Notes: generated by a model from the letters alone, not told the origin. A stretch of DNA of 64,000 nucleotides from a virus (IMGVR_UViG_3300013285_000009:12984-76983), one strand, 5' to 3'. Numbered from the stretch's first letter, positions 43,800-52,523 are shown. Numbers and translations are program-made.

Positions 43800-44548
43800 T
43801 AGTATGACTTTGCAATGTGGGTAGCTTCGGGAATGCGGGTACGTGTGTTCTTACTGCCCAACAATACTACGGTTCTAATCCCATTTATAGTATGGACCAT
43901 CATCACTATGCATCCGCCGCTTTTGTTGATGAACCCGGTCTTACTAACAATAAAGTCATATCCATGGCCTACTAAAGGATTTGTATTATGCAGTACGATC
44001 CATTTATTTTTCTTAATCGGAAGCTTGATGGCAGATATGTTACTTGCTGCAATTAATGCAGGGTATTTACTCGCGGCCCGCACCAACTTTAATAAGTCAG
44101 TGGGTGTACTAACATTTTCACTACGTAAGCCAGTTGGATCTAATAACCGAGTATCAAACATTTCCAATTCTTGTACCTTGCGATTCATCATGTGCAAGCA
44201 TTCATAGTATCCACCAGTGTACTGTTCACATAAAATCCTAGCAGCATTATTATCTGATTTTACGATAGCCATATCAATCAGCATCTGCCGCGTCAGTGGA
44301 GTACGGTAAAGTTTAGTAGGCATAATTTCATTAAGTGGTTGGTTACCATCGATCACAGTCATAACTGTGATTAACTTGGTAATGCTGGCTATAGAGCGAA
44401 CATCACTTGTATTCACTCCTTCTAGTACTCTACCATTTTCATCTGCTACCAACCATGCATGGGCCGTAATACGAGGCTCTGCTGCATGGAGGATAGATGA
44501 TAGTAACAGCAGCATTACTATAATAAATTTTCTAATCATTGTTTCCAT
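43799..44548 (-). CDS. D-alanyl-D-alanine carboxypeptidase/endopeptidase (peptidase S11, PBP5/PBP7-like) with signal peptide
   Basis: SxxK SIASITK, SxN SDNN, KTG VSKTGFINKSG; signal peptide MLLLLSSILHAAEP. Confidence 0.85.
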   Translation of the reverse strand: METMIRKFIIVMLLLLSSILHAAEPRITAHAWLVADENGRVLEGVNTSDVRSIASITKLITVMTVIDGNQPLNEIMPTKLYRTPLTRQMLIDMAIVKSDNNAARILCEQYTGGYYECLHMMNRKVQELEMFDTRLLDPTGLRSENVSTPTDLLKLVRAASKYPALIAASNISAIKLPIKKNKWIVLHNTNPLVGHGYDFIVSKTGFINKSGGCIVMMVHTINGIRTVVLLGSKNTRTRIPEATHIAKSY

Positions 44549-44742
44549 AACATAAAGTTTATGTAATCATATTCGGCCGTAAAGTGAAATTCGTATTTTC
44601 CGGGGCGTGACCCGGCGCTATCAATAACACAATAATCCCAGTGTTCAACACTATTTGCGTGGCACCAATTGATAACAGCAGTCAGATCACCAAACGCTAG
44701 TTCAATTATCGCAGTATAATTATACAGCGCACTTGTGGACAT
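44536..44742 (-). CDS. hypothetical protein
   Basis: 68 aa. Confidence 0.35.
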   Translation of the reverse strand: MSTSALYNYTAIIELAFGDLTAVINWCHANSVEHWDYCVIDSAGSRPGKYEFHFTAEYDYINFMLWKQ

Positions 44743-45238
44743 TCACACCACTCTTCTCTAAAAACTGTATCCCCGAAGTATCACGATAAGCATTGCGATA
44801 ATATACACTATTGATGCCGCTTTGATATATGAGTTTTGCACAATCGATACACGGAGCATGAGTAATAAAAATAGTAGCACCGTTACCAGACTCGGAACTA
44901 CGAGCAAGTTTAGAAATTGCGTTAGATTCTGCATGGAGTACCTCTGATTTAGTTTTTAGTCGATAGCGACCATGCATTAGATTACCATCTGCGTCTGTAT
45001 ACGTTCCTTCATATGGCCAGCCCTCTTCAATTTCTTCAGGACCCAACCATCCGCCAGCGCTGCACCACTGCACATCCTCACAATTGTTATCCCAACCTGC
45101 AGGCATCCCATTATAACCGATACTAATGATTCGGTCATCTTTAACAACGATGGCACCCACGTGTAATCTACGAGCATAGCTAAGTTCTGCGAAAGTCTCC
45201 GCAGTTTTCATGTATGCATCAATGAATTTTTGTTTCAC
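44720..45238 (-). CDS. dCMP deaminase
   Basis: HAESNAI ... PCIDCAKLI zinc-binding CDA motifs. Confidence 0.85.
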   Translation of the reverse strand: MKQKFIDAYMKTAETFAELSYARRLHVGAIVVKDDRIISIGYNGMPAGWDNNCEDVQWCSAGGWLGPEEIEEGWPYEGTYTDADGNLMHGRYRLKTKSEVLHAESNAISKLARSSESGNGATIFITHAPCIDCAKLIYQSGINSVYYRNAYRDTSGIQFLEKSGVNVHKCAV

Positions 45239-45441
45239 TTTTTACCCCAGGTGATGCTATTCCAAATTCTTTCATGAAGAAAATATAATATAGTATTCGC
45301 AGTTAATTGGATCGTTGCTATTGTGCCGGACACAAGTAAATTTCCTAATATAAAATATGATATGGCGAATGTGGACGCTGTGCCTATTATTCGCCAACTA
45401 ATAGTTTTTACTAAAGAACGATAACTCGAATCACGTGTCAT
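45235..45441 (-). CDS. small membrane protein
   Basis: 68 aa; two hydrophobic helices. Confidence 0.4.
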   Translation of the reverse strand: MTRDSSYRSLVKTISWRIIGTASTFAISYFILGNLLVSGTIATIQLTANTILYFLHERIWNSITWGKK

Positions 45442-45761
45442 TCTTCTAACAAGTCAATCTTGTTGGGTTTGTTGTTCCACTCTTCGGCATCAGGCAGGGC
45501 AGCTTTCTGTTTAGTAATCAGCGGCCACTTATTAGACAGGCGCGTATTAAGATCAAACCAGAATGCTATATCGACTCCGGCTTCTTTATCTGACACAATT
45601 GCATTCACCGGACACTCGGGCACACATACGCCGCAATCGATACATTCATCAGGGTCGATAGATAAGAAGTTGGGTCCTTCGTGAAAGCAATCCACAGGAC
45701 AGACTGTAACGCAGTCAGTATGCTTACATTTAATACAGTTCTCGGTAACTAAAAATGTCAT
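45438..45761 (-). CDS. fdxA: 7Fe ferredoxin (FdxA type; 3Fe-4S plus 4Fe-4S)
   Basis: [43 protein letters not shown], near-identical spacing to Azotobacter FdI. Confidence 0.9.
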   Translation of the reverse strand: MTFLVTENCIKCKHTDCVTVCPVDCFHEGPNFLSIDPDECIDCGVCVPECPVNAIVSDKEAGVDIAFWFDLNTRLSNKWPLITKQKAALPDAEEWNNKPNKIDLLEE

Positions 45762-46000
45762 TTTATATAACCTATAGTGTTAATATGTTTCTTTGCGCTA
45801 TCAACTGATACTAGCACTGCTAGTACAAAATCAGTGATGGCGAATCGTTCGCAAAACGCAGCGCCGAATGACTCGTTACATAATTGAGCAAAGATATACT
45901 CTTTGCAAAATTGTTCATAGTCATGTTTAGATACATATTTCATGCCAGATCGTGAGGTCATTGTACTTAATTGGCTGGCTAGTTGTGCGAACGAATTCAT
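45758..46000 (-). CDS. hypothetical protein
   Basis: 80 aa. Confidence 0.35.
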   Translation of the reverse strand: MNSFAQLASQLSTMTSRSGMKYVSKHDYEQFCKEYIFAQLCNESFGAAFCERFAITDFVLAVLVSVDSAKKHINTIGYIK

Positions 46001-46006
46001 CGTGAC

Positions 46007-46345
46007 TTATTTATTGATTGTAATACCGGACCATCGTTTAAGTTTGTCAAACTTATTTTGCTTGGCTTGTTCGATACCTTCTACTGTCGCACCGATATTC
46101 AAATCAGTAAGTAGTTCAACCATGGCAAAGAGATCGCCGATCTCTTCTTCCAACATATTCATATTAGTACAGGCCTTGCCCGGCTTGATCTGGTCTGGCC
46201 CAAAGCGCATACACTTACTAACTGCTTGGACAACCTCTGCACATTCTTCTTGCAGGATCAGTAAAATTTCTCTGGTTTCGTCGTTCATTGTAGTTGTTAT
46301 ATGTTTCAAAACATGCCGGGCTTTATTGTTCGGGTGCCCGGCCAA
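46007..46345 (-). CDS. MazG-like nucleoside-triphosphate pyrophosphohydrolase
   Basis: EECAEVVQAV and EEEIGDLFAMV (ExxE...ExxD metal-binding helices). Confidence 0.6.
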   Translation of the reverse strand: MAGHPNNKARHVLKHITTTMNDETREILLILQEECAEVVQAVSKCMRFGPDQIKPGKACTNMNMLEEEIGDLFAMVELLTDLNIGATVEGIEQAKQNKFDKLKRWSGITINK

Positions 46346-46379
46346 CCTATATAGTCTCGGAATGAGACTAGCGTACTAA

Positions 46380-46727
46380 TTAAATACCAGCGGCAATTGC
46401 ACGGTAGCCAGCAGCGACAACAGCGCGGCTTGGACGACCCAAACGATAACGAGTTTCAGTTTCGTTAACACGCTTATTAGCGTAAACAGCGTAGCCGCTA
46501 TTCAAACGCAATGCACTGATAGTAGCAGTTGGATTAGCAATGCTAAATCGTGCAGTGATTTGGGCAGCAGTCAATTGCTCACCGGTTGCGAGTGCTTCGA
46601 TCAAGAGTTCTTGTTTAGTCATTTTAGTAGTTGAAGTCATTTTAGTTTCCTTTAAGTTATTTCGCATAGAGAGAATCTCGCAGCGTGATACTATTATATC
46701 TGAATTAGTTTCTAGATGCAATAGCAT
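46380..46727 (-). CDS. hypothetical protein (start uncertain)
   Basis: 115 aa ORF; several internal Met candidates. Confidence 0.35.
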   Translation of the reverse strand: MLLHLETNSDIIVSRCEILSMRNNLKETKMTSTTKMTKQELLIEALATGEQLTAAQITARFSIANPTATISALRLNSGYAVYANKRVNETETRYRLGRPSRAVVAAGYRAIAAGI

Positions 46728-46752
46728 TCGGGAGTGAATTAACCCGAATGCT
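46700..46752. repeat. long imperfect inverted repeat (about 19-bp stem, 11-nt loop) between two minus-strand genes
   Basis: TCTAGATGCAATAGCATTCGGG-AGTGAATTAA-CCCGAATGCTATTGCTAGA; no U-tract. Confidence 0.6.
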
Positions 46753-46756
46753 ATTG

Positions 46757-47596
46757 CTAGATATCCAAAAACTTCAATTCAAACACATCAGCTTGTTCGT
46801 CGTGGCCTGCATAACCACGGGGGTTGCAAACCACGCGGGTCTCACCAACCATGTAGTCGAACGGATCATGGGTGTGACCATGCGTCCATAGTTTGATCTG
46901 AGGGCGATCCATAATGAATTCGCTCAAGTCACTACGATAGCCACCGTTCATCAAATACTGGTCTGCATACCGTTCATGGGTACTACCATATGTAGGACAG
47001 TGATGCCCAACGATAACACACTTCTGGTCTTTACGATCGGCTAGCACAATATCAAAGTATTGAACCGTTTTACGATGACGGCTCATGATGTGAGCAGGCC
47101 GTAACTTAGTAAACCCCAGATCATCATTGCGGATGATACGGAAGTCATTCATCATATCAGTCAATGCATGAAGTGTCAGTGGATCACCTTTGTTACAGTC
47201 AGTCCATAGTGTGGCACCGATGAAGGTAAAGTCATTGATGACCTTAAGGTCATTTTCAAGATAATACACGTTAGGGAACTTGGCACATTCGTCACGCAGG
47301 TGTTGAATGCTTGCGGTCCATCGCCCGTGGTAGAATTCGTGATTACCGGCGACATACACTACGTGCGGAAACTGAAAGCTACACCGTTTCAGAAAGTCAC
47401 GAAATTTCTGCGCACGAGCTTGTCCGTGCTGCAGGGCTTTGATTTCCAAATGACTGTAGTTTGTTTCAGGGTGAGAGTGCAAATCTTCGGCGATAAAGAT
47501 ATCACCGGATAGAATCAATACTTCGGCGCCTTCAGTATTTTGAAGGTTAATATCTTGAAATTCAAGATGGAGATCCGACGCTAGCGCAACTTTCAT
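46757..47596 (-). CDS. calcineurin-like metallophosphoesterase
   Basis: DLHLEF, ILSGDIF, VAGNHEF, GHHCP, THGHTH motifs. Confidence 0.7.
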   Translation of the reverse strand: MKVALASDLHLEFQDINLQNTEGAEVLILSGDIFIAEDLHSHPETNYSHLEIKALQHGQARAQKFRDFLKRCSFQFPHVVYVAGNHEFYHGRWTASIQHLRDECAKFPNVYYLENDLKVINDFTFIGATLWTDCNKGDPLTLHALTDMMNDFRIIRNDDLGFTKLRPAHIMSRHRKTVQYFDIVLADRKDQKCVIVGHHCPTYGSTHERYADQYLMNGGYRSDLSEFIMDRPQIKLWTHGHTHDPFDYMVGETRVVCNPRGYAGHDEQADVFELKFLDI

Positions 47597-47928
47597 GTTA
47601 TTTTTAAACTCACTAAATGTTTACATACACCTCGAAAACTATAGCCCGGGCACGTGCATGTTTTTTCTTCTGCATTAATAGAATAGACGGCGCCTTTGCT
47701 GCCCGCCACTTTAATAATTGTACTATCTTGTTTGCTCTGCTTGAATGGATTTACTTTCAGTGCGACAAACTTACGACCGCGTTTTTCAATTGTGATTGGA
47801 TTCTTGAAGTAGAAAGGGACAGTATCACCTTTCTTAATGAAAGCAATCATTTTGCTGCCATCTAGCAGATAGCTATGATTTGGTTGAATAGAACCAGACC
47901 ATTCAGTTGTTTCGATGACAGCTTCCAT
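47593..47928 (-). CDS. hypothetical protein
   Basis: 111 aa. Confidence 0.4.
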   Translation of the reverse strand: MEAVIETTEWSGSIQPNHSYLLDGSKMIAFIKKGDTVPFYFKNPITIEKRGRKFVALKVNPFKQSKQDSTIIKVAGSKGAVYSINAEEKTCTCPGYSFRGVCKHLVSLKIT

Positions 47929-48353
47929 TATGTAGCTTCCATTTCTTTGGTGAGAGCTTCACTCAATAGAGTCCATTCAGCGCCCTCAGACACGAACCAT
48001 ACACCGTCTTTCATCACGTAGAAATATTCAGCGTCAATGCCTTGAAACAATTCTTGGTCGTTGAAGAATGTGCTAAACTCGATACCAGTCTCGCCGCGAT
48101 CACGACCATAGAAACGACATTGAGTAGCGATGTTGTCACCTTCGTACACCATCCGGTCATCGAAATTGATTTTCTCGCCGATTTCTTTACCCAAGGCGCT
48201 CATGTCACCCATAGCTACTAAATGATTAGCCTTAGCTGAATCATAGTTAGCAAGCAGGACCTTGCCATTGTAGCTCAAGTAGCCGTCAGAATGACAGTAA
48301 ATTGCTTTACACACATCACCGTGCATCACACCAATTGCTGAACGAGTAGACAT
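47928..48353 (-). CDS. hypothetical protein
   Basis: 141 aa; preceded on the minus strand by the family promoter at 48383-48411. Confidence 0.45.
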   Translation of the reverse strand: MSTRSAIGVMHGDVCKAIYCHSDGYLSYNGKVLLANYDSAKANHLVAMGDMSALGKEIGEKINFDDRMVYEGDNIATQCRFYGRDRGETGIEFSTFFNDQELFQGIDAEYFYVMKDGVWFVSEGAEWTLLSEALTKEMEAT

Positions 48354-48382
48354 TTTGATTTCCTTGTTGCTGTTTAAGTATC

Positions 48383-48411
48383 TATTATATCACCAAAACG
48401 ATTAATTGTCA
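48383..48411 (-). promoter_or_regulatory. family promoter, minus orientation
   Basis: reverse complement GGTTGACAATTAATCGTTTTGGTGATATAAT plus leader AGATACTTAAACAGCAACAAGGAA. Confidence 0.6.
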
Positions 48412-48660
48412 ACCTTTTTCAACCAAAACATACCGACACTGAAAGGAAAATGAGTCTTTTTCATAGGTTGTGTCGTTTCCGTACTGCCCGTACCGAACAG
48501 CAACTTGTCCAAGTTCAGTTGGCCCGTACGGTTCTAGCTCTCGAATGACAACCGCCCGATCAGTTCCGTCAGCTTGCGCCCATTCTTGACCTACTTTAAG
48601 TTCTGATGCGGGAAAAATACCACAAAGCACTCGGCGGCCATTTAACATTTCGGTTCTCAT
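48409..48660 (-). CDS. hypothetical protein
   Basis: 83 aa. Confidence 0.35.
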   Translation of the reverse strand: MRTEMLNGRRVLCGIFPASELKVGQEWAQADGTDRAVVIRELEPYGPTELGQVAVRYGQYGNDTTYEKDSFSFQCRYVLVEKG

Positions 48661-48670
48661 ATCATTCTCC

Positions 48671-49036
48671 CTACAAACTGTAAAATTCTAATTCGTACCC
48701 TTGTGCTAATACAGCCGCGATCCACTCATCAACCTGTGTACATTCTTCTTTGCCAACGTTGATGGTCTTGTATCCAATTGGATCGTCACCGTAGATGTCA
48801 GATTCGTGATAGATGGCTTCCTGCTCATCCTCTGAAATGCTCATGATGTAAGCCTTGTACGCTTCAACTGGCAACGTAGCAGCCGGCGGCCTTGGCGCGG
48901 TCGGAGTTTGCCAAGGCTGATAGTCGCATTGCTGCGTTTCTACAACACCGGTCTTGTTCACAGTAATATCGCGTTTACCGCTGATGTAAAAATTCATGCT
49001 CATTTTGAAATCTTTCTTAAACTTGCTTCGTGCCAT
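48671..49036 (-). CDS. hypothetical protein
   Basis: 121 aa; start may be an internal Met. Confidence 0.35.
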   Translation of the reverse strand: MARSKFKKDFKMSMNFYISGKRDITVNKTGVVETQQCDYQPWQTPTAPRPPAATLPVEAYKAYIMSISEDEQEAIYHESDIYGDDPIGYKTINVGKEECTQVDEWIAAVLAQGYELEFYSL

Positions 49037-49203
49037 TCACGCAGATAAGCATTTTGGCTAGTAACATTGTCTTCGTAGAACTCGCGTTCACATGCCACAC
49101 GAACCATACGATACAGTTCTGTAATACGTTCGTAATGATCAAACCCTTGAATCACTTCCTTGCGGATGATACGCTTCATAATCCATTGTTCAATTCTAGT
49201 CAT
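49000..49203 (-). CDS. hypothetical protein
   Basis: 67 aa. Confidence 0.35.
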   Translation of the reverse strand: MTRIEQWIMKRIIRKEVIQGFDHYERITELYRMVRVACEREFYEDNVTSQNAYLREWHEASLRKISK

Positions 49204-49205
49204 TC

Positions 49206-49427
49206 TTATACTTTAAAGTGGTCTTTAATCGCTTCTTGATATATTTCTTCATCACCAAATGCTCTATCACTAGTATACGGGACTAATCTCAGTGTCTCGA
49301 TACATTCTCTCATGATCAACTCTGCGAATTCTTCTAATGTGGCCTTTTGCACTGGTCCAATATTAACCCAATCATTGAGGCGTTCAAAAACCGGTTGGGC
49401 TAAGATGTCTTTAATTCGGTCATTCAT
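49206..49427 (-). CDS. MNERIK small-protein family member d
   Basis: internal start MNDRIKDILAQ..FAELIM..DHFKV; upstream part of the ORF-track ORF is not conserved in paralogs. Confidence 0.45.
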   Translation of the reverse strand: MNDRIKDILAQPVFERLNDWVNIGPVQKATLEEFAELIMRECIETLRLVPYTSDRAFGDEEIYQEAIKDHFKV

Positions 49428-49538
49428 TGTCCGGCTCCTAGTAGGAAGTCCAATAGGTCTATATCCAGTTGCCAGCGACTGTCGTAGACTTGCGCCTCGA
49501 TCCAAAAAAGAAATTCATTACTCAATGTTTCATTCATA

Positions 49539-49769
49539 TTAATATTCTTTTTTGTCGCCGGCTTCTTCGTTGTAGTCATAACCTTCGTGATACAGTTCAA
49601 TTTCGTCCGGGCTCATAAGACTGATACCAATGTACGGACCGCTATCACCACCGACTCCGCCTAAGTGTGGATTGCGCGCCCGGCCATAGTAGCTGTCAGC
49701 AGATCCTCGATCAAATGCATTACCATGTTCGACTTTGAAAGTGCGACCGTTGTGTGTTGCTGTATACAT
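49539..49769 (-). CDS. hypothetical Gly/Tyr-rich protein
   Basis: 76 aa; directly downstream of the minus-strand family promoter 49803-49831. Confidence 0.45.
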   Translation of the reverse strand: MYTATHNGRTFKVEHGNAFDRGSADSYYGRARNPHLGGVGGDSGPYIGISLMSPDEIELYHEGYDYNEEAGDKKEY

Positions 49770-49802
49770 AATCTAACCCTACTTGTTGCTGTTTAAGATT
49801 CT

Positions 49803-49831
49803 ATTATACACCCAAAACCATTTAATGTCAA
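49803..49831 (-). promoter_or_regulatory. family promoter, minus orientation
   Basis: reverse complement GCTTGACATTAAATGGTTTTGGGTGTATAAT plus leader AGAATCTTAAACAGCAACAAGTAGGG. Confidence 0.65.
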
Positions 49832-50073
49832 GCAATATTCAGTTGAACTTGCAGACCTTCCCAGGTGCCACCGAGTCCGCTAGTACATTGATCGGCTGCG
49901 CCGATACCAGAGCGGATGCCTTCAAGTGCATCCAAAGCCTTTTGGGTAGCAGCATTGCACTTCATAAAGTCGCCGACGCCATTGCGAATCTGTTTTACAG
50001 TAGCATAGAAACATGCTTGACCAACGATAACACGGAATTTTTGAGTCTGTTTGAAACGCTTGATAACTAACAT
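49828..50073 (-). CDS. hypothetical protein (81 aa)
   Basis: start reset to the Met after promoter 50104-50132; ORF-track N-terminal extension reads through the promoter. Confidence 0.45.
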   Translation of the reverse strand: MLVIKRFKQTQKFRVIVGQACFYATVKQIRNGVGDFMKCNAATQKALDALEGIRSGIGAADQCTSGLGGTWEGLQVQLNIA

Positions 50074-50103
50074 GTTGCTGTCCTTTTTGCTGTTTAAGAG
50101 TCT

Positions 50104-50132
50104 ATTATACACCCAAAACCAATTAATGTCAA
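50104..50132 (-). promoter_or_regulatory. family promoter, minus orientation
   Basis: reverse complement GCTTGACATTAATTGGTTTTGGGTGTATAAT. Confidence 0.65.
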
Positions 50133-50428
50133 GCGATTTCTGCGAGGATCCGATTGTAAACATCAGCCTTAGCCATGTAATATTCGTAATCACGTTCGCC
50201 AGGACGAAAGTTTTTCCACTGATTCTGACCTGCATATGACAGGATATCTTGCTCCAAAGTACCATCAGAATAGGTGGAGATGAAACCGTATATGTCATAG
50301 TGTGCAATGAAGCCGTTGCACAGATACAAAAAGTTGTAACCAGTCTTGCTTAGGTTGTCAATGTTTTTGACTGCCTTAACCACGTTATTGACAATGAGAG
50401 TTTTCTGACGTTCAGTGAGTGCTTGCAT
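50129..50428 (-). CDS. hypothetical protein
   Basis: 99 aa. Confidence 0.45.
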   Translation of the reverse strand: MQALTERQKTLIVNNVVKAVKNIDNLSKTGYNFLYLCNGFIAHYDIYGFISTYSDGTLEQDILSYAGQNQWKNFRPGERDYEYYMAKADVYNRILAEIA

Positions 50429-50460
50429 TTTAAGTCCTAGTTGTTGCTGCCTATGAGTCT

Positions 50461-50489
50461 ATTATACACCCAAAACGATTTAATGTCAA
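50461..50489 (-). promoter_or_regulatory. family promoter, minus orientation
   Basis: reverse complement GGTTGACATTAAATCGTTTTGGGTGTATAAT plus leader AGACTCATAGGCAGCAACAACTAGGA. Confidence 0.65.
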
Positions 50490-50491
50490 CC

Positions 50492-50722
50492 TTAGGACCA
50501 GCGCAGTGCAAACACCATGGCATCTTTATGCTTGTTAAATTTGAAGTTAACATCTTGGTAACCCAACCGATGCGTCCATCCTGCCTTGGCATTCTTATTA
50601 CACCACACTTTCATAGCGTATATATCGTCATCCCATCCCCAAATAGTGCCGGTTGTCGGCCTCTTCAATTCAATTGAATGCGGGTGATTTCTCTCAGCTT
50701 GTCGCCGTTGCTTGCTGTTCAT
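50492..50722 (-). CDS. hypothetical protein
   Basis: 76 aa. Confidence 0.4.
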   Translation of the reverse strand: MNSKQRRQAERNHPHSIELKRPTTGTIWGWDDDIYAMKVWCNKNAKAGWTHRLGYQDVNFKFNKHKDAMVFALRWS

Positions 50723-51141
50723 ACAAGTTCCGATGGATAAAACATTGTTACAACTTTGTCTCTCTTCACTGCATAATCATGCGTGTACCATGTACCGCCC
50801 CTTGGTTGCCAAGTCATTTGTAGCGGTACTACAAGCAGGGAATCAGTACTATCCACGATAGCCCTATCACGTTGCAAGTAACCGGCTGGCTCACGTACCT
50901 CGTCGCCACCAAAGAAACCTTGTTGCTCAGTTGACTTAGGAGGATGACATACAATAATGTAACCTATTTCCTTAGCAATAGCAGCAGCCTCAACATCAAC
51001 ACCCCTGCAGTCACCGTGATGCAATTCCGGAGTGATGTTGTCTAACTGACACATGATCATTATACCGTTCAGAACGGCCTGAACTTCATTAGCTTGGTAA
51101 GGAGTCATGCCTTCACGTGTACCAGTGACACCGATCTTCAT
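50719..51141 (-). CDS. DUF2493/SLOG-family protein (YspA-like nucleotide-binding Rossmannoid)
   Basis: KIGVTGTRE..HHGDCRGVDVEAAAIAKEIGY..QRDRAIV..GGTWYT matches the GTGxR / GGxxGxD / RN / GGT pattern. Confidence 0.5.
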   Translation of the reverse strand: MKIGVTGTREGMTPYQANEVQAVLNGIMIMCQLDNITPELHHGDCRGVDVEAAAIAKEIGYIIVCHPPKSTEQQGFFGGDEVREPAGYLQRDRAIVDSTDSLLVVPLQMTWQPRGGTWYTHDYAVKRDKVVTMFYPSELV

Positions 51142-51719
51142 GCAAATTCTACCAAGGTAACTGAGCCACCCTTTTTACTAACATCTTCGGCAAAGAACTC
51201 AATCATTTGAATGATGGTATCCTTATGTCCACCGGCGAGTCCCATACCAATGTAGGGAAAACCGATTCGTTTGTCACCGTGTACAAACAATAACTTTTCC
51301 AAAATTAATTGAAATGCAGTGTACTCAAATACATCAGTGCCCTGACTCATATTGTATTGAGTGTATGCGTTGATGATGACAAATTTGCCGGTGAATTCGG
51401 TCCAATTGCCTAATTTCATATGGTCGCCGCGTTCGGTAAGTCTATCGATTTCTTGACACATGGGATAGCGTTCGGCAATTTCCCGTGCAATACCGCCTCC
51501 CATGGCACAGAAGCAATTACATCCCTGTACCACGATGTCGAACTCGCCAGCTTCTGCTAAGTCGAGCAAATTACCTTTGGTGTGTTTTAGCATAGAAGTA
51601 TTCATAGGAAAGTCAACGGGGTTATCTGTGTTTGTATAATGCGGCAGAACAACGCCGGCCTCCGCTGCCATTCGTAGTTTATCTGCTACTGTTACAAGTG
51701 TGTCGTTAGCCATTTGCAT
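51138..51719 (-). CDS. macro-domain protein (ADP-ribose binding or processing)
   Basis: FDIVVQGCNCFCAMGGGIAREI and IGFPYIGMGLAGG resemble macro motifs (a)IVNAAN..GGGVxxAI and (a)FPAIStGvyG. Confidence 0.6.
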   Translation of the reverse strand: MQMANDTLVTVADKLRMAAEAGVVLPHYTNTDNPVDFPMNTSMLKHTKGNLLDLAEAGEFDIVVQGCNCFCAMGGGIAREIAERYPMCQEIDRLTERGDHMKLGNWTEFTGKFVIINAYTQYNMSQGTDVFEYTAFQLILEKLLFVHGDKRIGFPYIGMGLAGGHKDTIIQMIEFFAEDVSKKGGSVTLVEFA

Positions 51720-51945
51720 AATCTTTCTTTAAAAGGTTTACTGTATGTTGATGACATTGGTTGATATAGAATTGTGCGACTCTCATCATAGCCTCTGCGT
51801 GTTCGTAGCTAGATGGAAGAACTACACACTCACCTCGGTGCAGTTCGTCTAGTTTAAGTCGGCATTCGTGGTCGGTGTATGGAATCATTTTTCTTTCTCC
51901 ATTTCTGTCACGATATCTTCGGCTTCTTTCAAGCCGCGTTCCCAT
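51706..51945 (-). CDS. hypothetical protein
   Basis: 79 aa. Confidence 0.35.
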   Translation of the reverse strand: MGTRLERSRRYRDRNGERKMIPYTDHECRLKLDELHRGECVVLPSSYEHAEAMMRVAQFYINQCHQHTVNLLKKDYANG

Positions 51946-52067
51946 CGTGCCATCATAGCACGGAACGCCGCAATATTAGCACGATTGTGAAACAAGTCAC
52001 CACTCCATACTGCGGCATCAATCTCGTCCATTGGACCGTCTTCTAAACGTTTGTAATGTTCGTTCAT
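51885..52067 (-). CDS. hypothetical protein (distant MNE-type small protein?)
   Basis: 60 aa; begins MNEHYKRLEDG. Confidence 0.3.
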   Translation of the reverse strand: MNEHYKRLEDGPMDEIDAAVWSGDLFHNRANIAAFRAMMARWERGLKEAEDIVTEMEKEK

Positions 52068-52189
52068 TCTTCAACTCCAAAACAACTTTTTAACAAAACC
52101 GAAAACGATCATAAAAATTGTAAAGTAAGCAGTCGCGCCTATCATCAATAGATATACAACCGCCCACCAACCTGCTCGATCCACTTCAC

Positions 52190-52411
52190 TCATTCTTCAA
52201 CTCCGAAATGTAATATACCATCAGTGGCGTTATCAAAGTGTTGTTCAATCCGCTGTGCATAATGATCACCTTCTTTGGTGCCATCCATAACAGCCTTAAC
52301 ACATTCAAATTTGATCAACTCGGCGAACTTTTCTTTGTCAAACATCTCTATGTCAGTATAGGTGTTGATGTAATAACACTGGTCGGCAAGTTGTTTAATT
52401 CGTTCATTCAT
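52190..52411 (-). CDS. MNERIK small-protein family member c
   Basis: MNERIKQLADQ..FAELIKFECV..HFGVEE. Confidence 0.5.
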   Translation of the reverse strand: MNERIKQLADQCYYINTYTDIEMFDKEKFAELIKFECVKAVMDGTKEGDHYAQRIEQHFDNATDGILHFGVEE

Positions 52412-52448
52412 TTTACGCTCCTAGAAAGTGTTTGTTTCTGTTGTATAC

Positions 52449-52477
52449 ATTATAGCATAGAAACCATTTTGTGTCAA
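52449..52477 (-). promoter_or_regulatory. family promoter, minus orientation, divergent
   Basis: reverse complement GCATTGACACAAAATGGTTTCTATGCTATAAT. Confidence 0.5.
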
Positions 52478-52523
52478 TGCTACAAATGTTGTATAATTTC
52501 GTAGTGATTAGATAAATAAATGT

